Shown: positions 39,801-48,355, counted from the stretch's first letter. The stretch: 64,000 nt of DNA from an uncultured bacterium (GCA_905235605.1 CAJOMF010000003.1:5173-69172); one strand, 5' to 3'. The notes: a model not told the origin generated them from the letters alone. Program-made: numbers and translations.

Positions 39801-40619
39801 AACCTTGCCGGTATTCCTGTTTCTGAAATAGATTTTCTGCCCCGCCTGCTGCGGCTTGGAGACAGGTGCATCGCCGAACAGTTCTTTCAGGAAATCATCG
39901 GTATCGTCTCCAGAGTTTCCGCCTTTGTTATCAGCCGGAATGTCACTGAACAGATCTTCGCCTTCATCGTCTCCGAAAAGGTCGTCCTTCTGATTAGCGC
40001 CTGCAACATTGTCAGCCGGCTGATCCGAAAAAAGATCTTCGAAATCAGGATCTGCCGAAGTGCTTTTCTGAGGAGCGTCCGAAAAGAGCGCATCCGCATC
40101 GCGACCGGCTTCTTCAGCTTTCGTAGAATCGTCGGCAAAAAGATCGTCGTCTGCATCGAAACGGTCGCTGGCTAAATCGAGACCTGATTTTCCGCTGCCG
40201 TCAAAAGCAACGCTCTTCGCATCGGAAGAATGAGAGGCATCGGATATTTCATCGTGATAGGAAGTCATTTCTATTCCGCCTTCATCTTCCGGTTTCTCTT
40301 CCTGCTGCATATCGTCGGAAGCATTATTTTTGTCGAAATTGCCGCCAAGCAGGGCGTCAAGATCATCAGCCGCCTTATTGTTGTTCGAAGGCATCGAATC
40401 GAAAAGAGAATCCATATCGGAAGAACTTTTATTTTCCTGGATCTCATCTTCTTTCGGAGGTTCAGGCTTGTTTTCTTCCTGTTCTCTGAAGACTCTGAAC
40501 TTGTTTCCGCAGACGGAACATTTTACCGGAAGTCCCTTATCCGGAATTTTCGAATCGTCTATCTGATAGTTCGTATTGCAGTGAGGACATACGATTTTCA
40601 TTGTTACCACCTTCTCCAA
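36807..40619 (-). CDS. Giant membrane-anchored protein: N-terminal MJ0042-type zinc ribbon, long acidic disordered region, single TM, extended TPR array
   Basis: CPHCNTNYQ…CSVCGNKF zinc ribbon, about 330 aa of D/E/S-rich sequence, the TM segment VFYIATSIATIAILAIVAGGAYYFY, then at least 15 TPR-like repeats and an acidic tail. Confidence 0.65.
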   Translation of the reverse strand: MEKVVTMKIVCPHCNTNYQIDDSKIPDKGLPVKCSVCGNKFRVFREQEENKPEPPKEDEIQENKSSSDMDSLFDSMPSNNNKAADDLDALLGGNFDKNNASDDMQQEEKPEDEGGIEMTSYHDEISDASHSSDAKSVAFDGSGKSGLDLASDRFDADDDLFADDSTKAEEAGRDADALFSDAPQKSTSADPDFEDLFSDQPADNVAGANQKDDLFGDDEGEDLFSDIPADNKGGNSGDDTDDFLKELFGDAPVSKPQQAGQKIYFRNRNTGKVIGPVDESQVDELMINGEITEDDDISYDGVNWNGGDAPSSEPQNPADSSAFSLGLDQAEDSMDSLLFEEGTAINKENSLAEEINSGEDVSKVEHVYIPDEFNDTMTGVQKTKPKKERRRGGGSAVFYIATSIATIAILAIVAGGAYYFYTKRNNSADILDNISEQIAVNTGTLADVRDALDKDTPEDYINSIGILKQYIKPDDSAPSAVGLDGQVKMNLLISYNRRIESSSSINEKISAAMKKAQGNIDLVKAKALYLYEQKQYDAAAELLQPFTDKNDQEVFYILGLIASGKNDLEKAENFFNTGFIQGGGKSVKIMYALANMKYQNGDTQSAMAFINRIISESPNYIKAYLLKSKILMNSDNKLAEAEKFLKNIDNNVVAKADDSQKAEYYQMLAGIMTRMGTFREAIKYYEKAVEINQTDTEAITKIADFYVQISDSTKAMEYYDMALKIDPKHSASIIGKTEIYVLLGQKEKIYLELAKLDLKTLTNPQLLARVGKIYSNIGDKAKAIEFYDLSIKSDPSYIEPYIAKAHILLVDFNKVKDLEQILVVLEKLGKDRYPYHLVKAIIDHKNADYKSAAEHFRLADEKNSVGDERVYFFYGEFLKDQRKYAEASRMLGRAYKINPGSYDYMQSYIGSLEKEKKWQTIISMLEQKTFVEKKMYKSYVSLANSYFHVRSYEKALNTINKALELDSQKTSVYYLKAKILYTMERYPEAEKEIDTAVVLDMKNFDNYMLYARILSKRGDYKGAVEKIEAAEKIDPTDQDLLLMKGIVYKNLDDYRNALKYFNRVTDKSLKKEAYLEIGESYLQLGSRSKAMDYLKKAEKSGNRAAVKLLAGIYYDSGDTNKAINYYKKVISLDKKDVESMSKLGYIYKEKGDLPTALRYFQRCLKHISDHNEKSMIQDEVYYIKQNMPPQTSTPAPKASEEDPEEAVEEAEDLYEEGMYVIDDDPEEAKRLFQEVMKTVSKNNEFYKKAQKALNKIDSEQQKKTSEEDND

Positions 40620-40622
40620 AGT

Positions 40623-41285
40623 TTATATTTTTGTCTTGTTATTCACGACATTCAAAAAAGAGACCAGACCGACCCCTTTTTCACCTTTCACACCGGCAAA
40701 AATCTTTTCCCGGTTATATTTCTTAAAAAGTTCCGCCAATTTCTCCTTTCCGCATGCAAGTATCTTTCCGTCAACAAACGAAACATAGCCGAGCACGTTC
40801 GATAAGTTCAGCAAATTCACCAAGTTATCAGTTGTAAGTTCTATCTGGGAAGCAAGAGTTTCGAGATCTATTTCAACTTCGTGAACCGGCTCGTTTCCTT
40901 CTTTTTTGACAACATAAGGAAGAACACCGGCAACGAGCCAGATGTGCTGCGGACTCAGTTCGTTCAACGGATCCTCCTTTTCACCTGCTCTCGCCGAATT
41001 TTTGATGAAAAGGGCAAACGCGGCTTTCGGATCTCCGGCAAAAAACTCTTCGGCTTCGGCACTTTCCATAAGTTGAAGCCGGGTCTCCTCCCTGGCTGTC
41101 ACACTGAATCTGGCCGGTTTGCCGAAAAAGCACCCTTCTTCGCCGAAAAAATCATCTTCCGAAAGAAAGAAACTCTCCCCGTTTCCTTCAAGTTTCACAC
41201 TGCCGTGCTTTATCAAAAAAAGATAGGGCGAAATTTCACCGGCAAGAATAACGGTATCTCCGGGAAGATATTCCTTTTCCATCAT
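40623..41285 (-). CDS. Cyclic-nucleotide-binding-domain-like protein (no HTH)
   Basis: N-terminal cNMP-binding beta-barrel pattern (…GDTVILAGEISPYLFLIKHGSVKL…FGEEGCFFGKPARFSVTAREETRLQ…). The C-terminal 120 aa are unassigned. Confidence 0.45.
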   Translation of the reverse strand: MMEKEYLPGDTVILAGEISPYLFLIKHGSVKLEGNGESFFLSEDDFFGEEGCFFGKPARFSVTAREETRLQLMESAEAEEFFAGDPKAAFALFIKNSARAGEKEDPLNELSPQHIWLVAGVLPYVVKKEGNEPVHEVEIDLETLASQIELTTDNLVNLLNLSNVLGYVSFVDGKILACGKEKLAELFKKYNREKIFAGVKGEKGVGLVSFLNVVNNKTKI

Positions 41286-41731
41286 TTAAGACCCTCTTCT
41301 TTATTTAACTTCAAAGAATTAGGGCACTTGCCTTCGCATTCATCTGCGCGCTTTATAAAAAGTCTGAACCTTTCAAGAGCGTTTCCCGAAACCGTGTGCT
41401 CGATTTTGCATGCGACTTCGTCAGCCTCGTCCTCTTCAAGATTGAGGATATCGCGGAAAAAATGCCTGAAAAGCTCATGCCGGGCAAGAATATCCTGAGC
41501 TATTGCTTTTCCTTCATCGGTCAGAGTAACGTATCCGTTCATTTCGTGGTTGACAAGCCCTTTCTGCGTCAGAAGTTTGAGCGCTCTCGTGACCGTCGCA
41601 CGGCGGACGCCGAGTTTGCTCGAAAGCTCCATGTTCCTCGCCACGACTCTTTTTTCGGTAAGTTCAAGGATCGCCTCAAGGTAATCTTCCTGAGTCGAAG
41701 TCAGGTTCCTATCGTTCGTTTTTTCTGCCAT
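41282..41731 (-). CDS. DtxR/MntR-family metal-dependent transcriptional regulator
   Basis: EDYLEAI motif, a winged HTH and a metal-binding helix. 149 aa. Confidence 0.8.
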   Translation of the reverse strand: MAEKTNDRNLTSTQEDYLEAILELTEKRVVARNMELSSKLGVRRATVTRALKLLTQKGLVNHEMNGYVTLTDEGKAIAQDILARHELFRHFFRDILNLEEDEADEVACKIEHTVSGNALERFRLFIKRADECEGKCPNSLKLNKEEGLK

Positions 41732-42938
41732 TGCGCTTTACCTCATACAAGTTTACAGCGTTTTTAACAATAATATCAGCAAGTTGCGATTTTTCTATAT
41801 TTTTAAATTCTTCAACACGGTCTGCAAAAACGATTTTGACAGTATTCGTGTCGGCACCGAAAGGATCGAACTCATTCGTAATTTGATTTGCCACAACGAA
41901 ATCGAGATTTTTCCTTTCGAGTTTTTTCCGGGCGTTTTCTTCAAGATTTTCGGTTTCTGCCGCAAAACCGATCCTGACAGCGCCCGGCTTCGTCCATTTC
42001 ACTGATTCGGCAAGAATGTCTTTTGTCCTGAAAAATTCAGCAGTTACCGATTTTTCGCCTTTTTTGATCTTATGCACGCATTTTTCCGGCGAATAGTCGG
42101 CAATGGCTGCACTCATCACGAAAATGTCGGCATTTCCGGCATATTTTTCAACGGTCTCTGCAGTCTCTGCCGCTGTAACGGTCTTGACAACTGAATATCC
42201 GGGATTGAACTTAGGTTCAGCGTTGACACCGATAAAAGTAACATCTCCGCCCGATTTCAAAGCCGCTTCTGAAACAGCGAAGCCCGTTTTTCCTGAAGAT
42301 CCGTTCGTCACAAAGCGCACCGGATCGAGATATTCCCGGGTCGCACCGCCGGTAACGAGCCACTTCACGCCGCCGCGTCTGACCGGATAAAAGATCTCTT
42401 CAAGTTTGAAAATTATCTCTTCAGGTTCTGCCATTCTCCCCTTTCCGCTCGTTCCGCAGGCAAGAAAACCGCTTCCCGGATCAGCAAAATGAACGTTTTC
42501 ACGCTTTTTCAGCCTTTCGATATTTTCAAGATTTGCGGGATTTTCATACATCGCCGTATTCATCGCCGGAGCGAAAAGAACCGGAACAGTTGCCGCCGCA
42601 AGTACTGTAGACGCAAGGTCATCGGCGATCCCGCACGCAGCCTTCGCAATTATATTCGCCGTTGCCGGAGCCACGATCACCGCATCGACATCCTGAGCCA
42701 GCGTAATGTGTGTTATTTTGGAAGAGTCCCTGACCTCGAAAGAATCGAAAAGCGGAGTTTTTCCGGAAAGAGCCTCCCAAGTCGACCTTCCGATGAAATT
42801 GAGCGAATTTTCAGTTCCCACGACCTGCACTGATGCACCGATTTTGGTAAGTTCGCGCAAAAGGTAGACCGATTTGTATGCGGCAATACCGCCCGAAACC
42901 ATGAGAAGCAGATTTTTGTCTGAAATTCCAGAAACCAT
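41709..42938 (-). CDS. coaBC: Bifunctional phosphopantothenoylcysteine decarboxylase / phosphopantothenate-cysteine ligase
   Basis: Flavoprotein motif LLMVSGGIAAYK and a CoaB ligase half (…GDVTFIG…). Start taken at the first ATG (42938). The longer ORF to 42995 begins with GTG. Confidence 0.85.
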   Translation of the reverse strand: MVSGISDKNLLLMVSGGIAAYKSVYLLRELTKIGASVQVVGTENSLNFIGRSTWEALSGKTPLFDSFEVRDSSKITHITLAQDVDAVIVAPATANIIAKAACGIADDLASTVLAAATVPVLFAPAMNTAMYENPANLENIERLKKRENVHFADPGSGFLACGTSGKGRMAEPEEIIFKLEEIFYPVRRGGVKWLVTGGATREYLDPVRFVTNGSSGKTGFAVSEAALKSGGDVTFIGVNAEPKFNPGYSVVKTVTAAETAETVEKYAGNADIFVMSAAIADYSPEKCVHKIKKGEKSVTAEFFRTKDILAESVKWTKPGAVRIGFAAETENLEENARKKLERKNLDFVVANQITNEFDPFGADTNTVKIVFADRVEEFKNIEKSQLADIIVKNAVNLYEVKRNGRKNER

Positions 42939-43053
42939 CAAAACCACCGAATCAAAAAACAGACGCGGAATCTTACTCAGGAATCTATAATACACAAAAA
43001 AAATTATAAAATTATTTAGGGTTGCAGCAACTTCAATTTGTCTTGCAAAAAAC

Positions 43054-43083
43054 TTGACACAAAACGCTTTTCCCGCGTTAATC
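43054..43083 (+). promoter_or_regulatory. Candidate sigma-70 promoter (TTGACA-N17-gtTAAT) for the small-protein / ECF-sigma gene string
   Basis: Consensus -35 hexamer and a 4/6 match at -10, about 25 nt upstream of the ATG at 43108. Confidence 0.3.
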
Positions 43084-43107
43084 CGGCGGTTTTATGGAGA
43101 CTTTGGC

Positions 43108-43320
43108 ATGGCGTGGCACAGGATCATAAAAATGAAGCCGAAAGAGAATTTTTTCTTTCATTTTACTATCGAAAGCTACGAAAATCTCGGGCTTATCTCG
43201 ACTTTGGCGAAAGAAAACGGATATTTGATCCTTGACTGCTTCACCACGATGGAAAGCGCCGCAGATTTCGACCGCGTGATTGAAAATGTTCTGCAGGAAA
43301 TGAAGAGACGCCATGAATAG
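43108..43320 (+). CDS. Small hypothetical protein (DUF4911-like, tentative)
   Basis: 70-aa ORF starting MAWHRIIKMKPKE…, overlapping the next gene by 8 nt. The track's TTG start at 43054 coincides with the -35 box, so the ATG at 43108 was preferred. Confidence 0.4.
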   Translation: MAWHRIIKMKPKENFFFHFTIESYENLGLISTLAKENGYLILDCFTTMESAADFDRVIENVLQEMKRRHE

Positions 43321-43888
43321 AAAATTTTTCGTTTTCGCCGTTATCTTCCTTCTTTTCGCGAACCTCCACGCAGTTTTGAACGACAGGATTTCCGGAAACA
43401 AAGTGCCGTCGCTTTCGATCATGGCGTCACTTGAAGAGTCGAATTTCCTCTACAACGCGCCGCTGATACAGTATCTCAACCTGGATTTCGGCCTCATGGT
43501 GAACCGTTTCCAGGATCCCGGACTTAAATTCGGCATCGACTGGCAGTGGATCGATAGCGTTAATGTCGCCGGAACTCTGAAAATAGACGGAATATTCCTT
43601 ACGAACCGAAAATTCAACAGGATCTATCTGGGCGGCGAAGCGGGGGCGACGATATCTGCAGGAGTCAAACTTTCCGGATTCAAAGGTGAATTTTTAACTA
43701 TCGTGACTGCCGATCCGACCGAGACTTCAGACCCCAGAGTAGCGCTTGAACTCAGGCTCGGTGCATACATCTCGCCGCACGAATCGGTAAACATCTACCT
43801 TGCTCCGGCAGCCGGAAAATATTTTGTCGAAAGGAAAAATTTTTACTTCAACTTAGTTCTTTCGACTGAAGTTTTCCTCTGGAAATAA
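43313..43888 (+). CDS. Hypothetical secreted beta-rich (outer-membrane-like) protein
   Basis: Signal peptide MNRKFFVFAVIFLLFANLHA, alternating hydrophobic beta-strand pattern and a C-terminal aromatic residue. Confidence 0.45.
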   Translation: MNRKFFVFAVIFLLFANLHAVLNDRISGNKVPSLSIMASLEESNFLYNAPLIQYLNLDFGLMVNRFQDPGLKFGIDWQWIDSVNVAGTLKIDGIFLTNRKFNRIYLGGEAGATISAGVKLSGFKGEFLTIVTADPTETSDPRVALELRLGAYISPHESVNIYLAPAAGKYFVERKNFYFNLVLSTEVFLWK

Positions 43889-43951
43889 TTTTTTCGGAAT
43901 ATTTTTCATTTTTCCGCTGTTTCTTTCGCGGCGTTCATTCAGGGATTTGAG

Positions 43952-44503
43952 ATGGAAGATTTACTTAAAGAAAACCTCGACAAAATTTTCAACTACGCGC
44001 TTTTCATCACTGGAAACCGCGACAAGGCGCTCGACCTGATGCAGGATACGATCGTAACTGTATTATCGAAAAAACATCTTTACAGAGAGGAGGAACATTT
44101 CAGATCCTGGATTTTCAGGATTTTGAAGAACAACTACATCAACAAAATCAAGCACGATGCGGTGATCGGCGAGATATCGTACTCAGACCTTGCGAAAGAT
44201 GACGATGAATCTGGGATCATCGACTTTCCGGATACCCGCATCTCTCCTGAAGATCTGAGCGATCCGATACTTAAAGAGAGGATCCGTGAAGTTTTTGAAA
44301 AAATGCCTGTGGAATACCGCGAAGTCATCGTCCTGATCCACATCGACGGGCTTTCCTACGAGGAAACGGCACAAACTTTGGCGATCCCCGTCGGAACAGT
44401 TATGAGCAGGCTTCACCGCGGCAGGAACTTCCTCAAAAAAGCACTTGGGAAAGAAGCTGAAGAATTACAGATAGTTACAAAGAAGGAAAGGAAAAATGCT
44501 TAA
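43952..44503 (+). CDS. ECF-type RNA polymerase sigma-70 factor
   Basis: Region 2 (…FRSWIFRILKNNYINKIK…) and region 4 HTH (…GLSYEETAQTLAIPVGTVMSRLHRGR…). Confidence 0.8.
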   Translation: MEDLLKENLDKIFNYALFITGNRDKALDLMQDTIVTVLSKKHLYREEEHFRSWIFRILKNNYINKIKHDAVIGEISYSDLAKDDDESGIIDFPDTRISPEDLSDPILKERIREVFEKMPVEYREVIVLIHIDGLSYEETAQTLAIPVGTVMSRLHRGRNFLKKALGKEAEELQIVTKKERKNA

Positions 44504-45302
44504 AGAAAAGTGTGATCTCAACGAACTTTTTATTGAGCAGTTCGCAGACAAAGAACTTGATTATCTGGAAAGCGCGGAGGTCGCGGCGCATTTGAAAGAA
44601 TGTCACGAATGCCGCAGAAAATACGAGGCGATAGTCGAAACGAAAAAGATCACTTCCGCATTTGCTGAAAACGAAAAACTCTCGCTCATCGAAAAAGAGG
44701 GATTTTTGAGACTGATAGACCATGAATCGCAGCAGAAACCGACACTTATCGAATCAATAAAAAATCTTTTCCAAAACCGCGCGGCAACTCTTGCGTTTTC
44801 TTTCTTCTCTTTTTCGTGCCTTGTCTTCGCATTCATTTTCGCAATCGCCGGAATAGAGAAAAATAACAACATCATCATTGATGAAATAATGACGGCGCAC
44901 AGTCAGGCTCTTCCCGATGAATTCGGAAACAGCCAGGCGGCACAGAACGAACTTAAGGAAAAATTCAAAACGGTGACATTCTCAGAGTTTACGAAAAGGC
45001 CGAAAATAAGCGGCAGATTCACTTCGATCGCAGCCACTCCGACAGCAAAAATAACTCTCGATTCGAATGAGGACAATATCCGCGGAACGCTCTTCCTTTC
45101 AAAGCGCAACGAACAGCTTGAAAAACTTTTTTCGGGAAGCGACTGCCTTGTCAAAAAAGACGACATCTGCAAGGCGCACCACCGTAACGACGGCGGAAAA
45201 GAGATGATCTACTGGCAGAATTCGGGAAACAACTACCTCATGGTTTCCGACGAGAGCAACGCCGCCGCGAAAATGGTGAAACTCATAAACACCAGCTTTT
45301 AA
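44496..45302 (+). CDS. Anti-sigma factor (ZAS-like zinc-binding N-terminus, single TM, periplasmic C-terminal domain)
   Basis: HLKECHECRRKYE motif, the TM segment LAFSFFSFSCLVFAFIFAIAG, and an 8-nt overlap with the sigma gene. Confidence 0.6.
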   Translation: MLKEKCDLNELFIEQFADKELDYLESAEVAAHLKECHECRRKYEAIVETKKITSAFAENEKLSLIEKEGFLRLIDHESQQKPTLIESIKNLFQNRAATLAFSFFSFSCLVFAFIFAIAGIEKNNNIIIDEIMTAHSQALPDEFGNSQAAQNELKEKFKTVTFSEFTKRPKISGRFTSIAATPTAKITLDSNEDNIRGTLFLSKRNEQLEKLFSGSDCLVKKDDICKAHHRNDGGKEMIYWQNSGNNYLMVSDESNAAAKMVKLINTSF

Positions 45303-45353
45303 TTGCAAAAAGAGTTCTCCTGCCCTATAAACCGGCAGTTTGTTTTGTAGGAG

Positions 45354-45989
45354 TTGGCTATGGACGCAAGAACAGCGCAGTATCTCAGGGATTTCATAAA
45401 ACACGATTCCGAATTTTTGGATGAACTCGAAAAATCAAACAGAAGCCGTAACGACATCCAGCCGATGATCGAGCTCGAAGTGGGAAAATTTCTCGTTTTC
45501 CTCATTCAGGCAAAGAAGATAAAATCGGTGCTTGAGCTCGGCACGAGCAACGGATATTCGGCGATCTGGATGGCTTCGGCACTTAAGAAAACAGGCGGAA
45601 AGATCATCACGGTAGAAGGTCACGACAGGATATTCGCCGAGGCTGAAAAAAACATCGCAGCATCGGGATACGCTGACATCATCGAGCTTTATCACGGCAA
45701 AGCCGAAGCAAAAGTCGCGGAACTTTTAGAAAAAGGGGAAAAATTCGACCTCATCTTTCAGGACTGCGGCAAATATCTGTATCCGATGCTTCTCGAATCG
45801 ACCGTAAAGCTCTGCAAAAAAGGAGGCATCATCGCTGCCGACGACTCACTTTTCAGAGTGACCGAAACAGTCCGCAGCGGGCTTGGCGACTACACCCACG
45901 ACTACAACAGAGCCGTTTTCGCCCACAAAAAACTTTTCAGCACGATTCTGCCGATAGGCCACGGGCTGACGCTGAGCGTCAAGATTTAA
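45354..45989 (+). CDS. Class I SAM-dependent O-methyltransferase (family 3, caffeoyl-CoA OMT-like)
   Basis: VLELGTSNGYSAIWMA SAM-binding motif. 211 aa. Confidence 0.75.
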   Translation: MAMDARTAQYLRDFIKHDSEFLDELEKSNRSRNDIQPMIELEVGKFLVFLIQAKKIKSVLELGTSNGYSAIWMASALKKTGGKIITVEGHDRIFAEAEKNIAASGYADIIELYHGKAEAKVAELLEKGEKFDLIFQDCGKYLYPMLLESTVKLCKKGGIIAADDSLFRVTETVRSGLGDYTHDYNRAVFAHKKLFSTILPIGHGLTLSVKI

Positions 45990-45990
45990 T

Positions 45991-46053
45991 GCCGGGATCC
46001 CGGGATGCCGTGATTCCGGTCGGGATGCCGTGATCCCGAGATCTCGTGATCAC
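45991..46053. repeat. Tandem 2x20-bp repeat flanked by palindromes CCGGGATCCCGG and CGTGATCACG
   Basis: Units CGGGATGCCGTGATTCCGGT and CGGGATGCCGTGATCCCGAG, located between the convergent OMT and ispG genes. Confidence 0.6.
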
Positions 46054-47120
46054 GACCAGATTTCTTTGATTTTTTCAATCAAAAACCCGAACGCTTCATC
46101 CTGATCGTCGAATTTTCTGACTATCTCCCCTTTTTCGAAGTAAAGGGCGCAGTCTTTGCCAAGTGCGATGCCGAGATCTGCTTCACGCGCTTCTCCCGGA
46201 CCGTTCACTTCGCAGCCCATAACTGCAACTTTGAGATTAGGTTTCAACCACCACTTTTCTGCATCAAACCACGCTTCCAAGCGGTTGTAGTATTCGATCA
46301 CCTTTCCGTGAGTCCTGCCGCAGGTGGGGCAGCTTACTATCTCGCCTCCCGTTTTCAAAATACCGAGAGATTTCAGGATCATGTTTGCAGTACGCAGCTC
46401 TTCTTCGATAGGAGCAGTGAGGCTTACTCTGAAAGTATCGACCAGGCCTTCGTTCAAAAGGATCGCGATCCCGGCAGTTCCCTTGATTATTCCGTGCTTT
46501 CCGCCGCCCGCTTCGGTAATCCCGACGTGAAGCGGCGCATCGGAATTTTCGCGGATCTTTCTGCATGCCGCGACTGTCTCCGAAACATTTGAAGCCTTTG
46601 CCGAAATTTTGAAATTGAAAAATCCGAGTTCTTTTTCGATAAATCCGGCCCAGAAAAGCGAGCTTTCTACAAGCCCTTCCCAAGTTACACCGCCGTATTT
46701 TTTGAGAATGTTTTTATCCAGCGAGCCGCCGTTGACACCGATCCTCACTGCAAGTTCAGGGCGTTTTTTCGCAGCTTCGATTATCGCTCTGACATTTTCT
46801 TCGCCGCCGACATTTCCCGGATTGAAGCGCACCCCGCTTACCCCTGCTTCGATTGCCGCGATCGCTAATTTGTAGTCAAAGTGGATGTCCGCGATTATTT
46901 CGCCTTTGAAATTTTCGACTAAATACTTCAGTCCCTCAAGCTCTGAAATATGCTTGAATGCAGTTCTGACAAGCTGACAGCCAAGGTCAAGCGCGCGGTT
47001 TGCCTCTGCGAGAGCCTCATCCGGCCTTGTCAAAGGGGTCGTTATCATAGTCTGGATCACTGGCGGATTGTCCCCGCCTATCTTCACTTTTCCCAAAGTT
47101 ATGACTCTAGATTTTTTCAT
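46050..47120 (-). CDS. ispG: 4-hydroxy-3-methylbut-2-enyl diphosphate synthase (GcpE)
   Basis: TIM-barrel half plus a 4Fe-4S half (…CPTCGRT…GCEVNGPGE…). Start at MKKSRV, where a GAGGTG Shine-Dalgarno sits upstream and the upstream gene overlaps by 8 nt. Confidence 0.9.
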   Translation of the reverse strand: MKKSRVITLGKVKIGGDNPPVIQTMITTPLTRPDEALAEANRALDLGCQLVRTAFKHISELEGLKYLVENFKGEIIADIHFDYKLAIAAIEAGVSGVRFNPGNVGGEENVRAIIEAAKKRPELAVRIGVNGGSLDKNILKKYGGVTWEGLVESSLFWAGFIEKELGFFNFKISAKASNVSETVAACRKIRENSDAPLHVGITEAGGGKHGIIKGTAGIAILLNEGLVDTFRVSLTAPIEEELRTANMILKSLGILKTGGEIVSCPTCGRTHGKVIEYYNRLEAWFDAEKWWLKPNLKVAVMGCEVNGPGEAREADLGIALGKDCALYFEKGEIVRKFDDQDEAFGFLIEKIKEIWS

Positions 47121-47127
47121 TTTCACC

Positions 47128-48309
47128 TCAGCCGAAAATTTCAGTCGGATCAAATTCATAAACGCCGTGCCTTTTATCAGTGCAGTAACCAGAGACAAAT
47201 TCGCTCAAAGTGAGCCTCTGCCCTTCAAAAACGGGAGCAAGCGACTGCTTCAGCGCGAATTTCACACCGTGAGGCATTCCGTCGGAGCCGAAAAGCATGT
47301 CTTTTCCCGGAACAAAACCGGCCTTATCAATAAGCATCCTGAACGGGTTGTTCATTTCGGCAAATCCGAGCGGCAGACGGTCTCTATAGATGAGTGAATC
47401 TTCGGTGAAATTGGGCTGCATCGAAAGGACTATCCCTGCATTTTTCGCCCTTTTCGCCGTCTCTAAATCGATAAACTGAGCGTGCTCGAGCCTTATAAAC
47501 TGCTCACTTCCGTGCTTCCGAACGGTTTCAGCAGCTTCGACCACCTGACGGGCAGCAATATCTCCCAAAGCGTGGATCGCGACACCGTTTGCTGTTGTTG
47601 CAGCCTCTTCAAGCAATCCTACAAGTTCCGGCAGAGTGTGCGTCAGCACGCCTTTGTTACCATTGAGATAAGGCTTGCTCAAAGCGGCAGTGCACGAGCC
47701 GTTTGCGCCGTCGGTAAAAAGTTTTATCCCTTTGATCTTTCTTTTTGTCGGATCAGGCAGAGTGCGGAAAGTGTTGATGTCAGCCCAGAACGAAACACGT
47801 TCTTTAAGTTCTGAGCCATTGATCATTTCAAATATTTCCTGACTCGGCAGGAGCATGTCCTCGATCTCATAAACTCCGCATTCTTTCTGCAGAAATGCGG
47901 CAAATTCAGTCATCGTTTCAATGGTCGAAGGCATGATTTTCACGAAAAAAAGAAGAAGCTCGGTAACATGTTCTTCGCACCAGTCCTGATTTTCGTAGTT
48001 GTCGATGATCTCGGTAAATTCAGGTCGCAGCAGCCTTTCAGCCCCCTCATTCATCACGAATCCGTGAAGCGAAAGATTGGAGATTATGAGCGGCGGGAAC
48101 TTGTTGAGTTCCGGTTTTGTCAAGGAAAAAAATCCGCTGTTCCAGCCGTAAGCCGAATTGAGTCTGCCGTCTTCAAGTTTTGCAAACAGATCAAGAGCCG
48201 CTTCTTTGATTTTCACCTCTTTCAGGCATATCGACTTGAACATTCCGGCGTAAAGCGTGAAGTGGCTGTGGGAATCGTGCAGATAAGGAACGGACATTTT
48301 GGAAAGCAT
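47128..48309 (-). CDS. Amidohydrolase-family metal-dependent hydrolase
   Basis: HDSHSHF metal-binding start of a TIM barrel and later H/D ligands (…IHALGD…, …GSDGMPH…). Confidence 0.55.
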   Translation of the reverse strand: MLSKMSVPYLHDSHSHFTLYAGMFKSICLKEVKIKEAALDLFAKLEDGRLNSAYGWNSGFFSLTKPELNKFPPLIISNLSLHGFVMNEGAERLLRPEFTEIIDNYENQDWCEEHVTELLLFFVKIMPSTIETMTEFAAFLQKECGVYEIEDMLLPSQEIFEMINGSELKERVSFWADINTFRTLPDPTKRKIKGIKLFTDGANGSCTAALSKPYLNGNKGVLTHTLPELVGLLEEAATTANGVAIHALGDIAARQVVEAAETVRKHGSEQFIRLEHAQFIDLETAKRAKNAGIVLSMQPNFTEDSLIYRDRLPLGFAEMNNPFRMLIDKAGFVPGKDMLFGSDGMPHGVKFALKQSLAPVFEGQRLTLSEFVSGYCTDKRHGVYEFDPTEIFG

Positions 48310-48355
48310 GAAATGGCCCCTGTTTTTTTAGAAAAATTTAAGATTTTTAAATTGG

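Noticed and set aside
42939-42995. Longer N-terminal extension of coaBC (track ORF to 42995)
   Set aside because: The extension starts with GTG and encodes a non-conserved hydrophobic leader. The first ATG at 42938 gives an N-terminus matching the canonical …LLLMVSGGIAAYK flavoprotein start.
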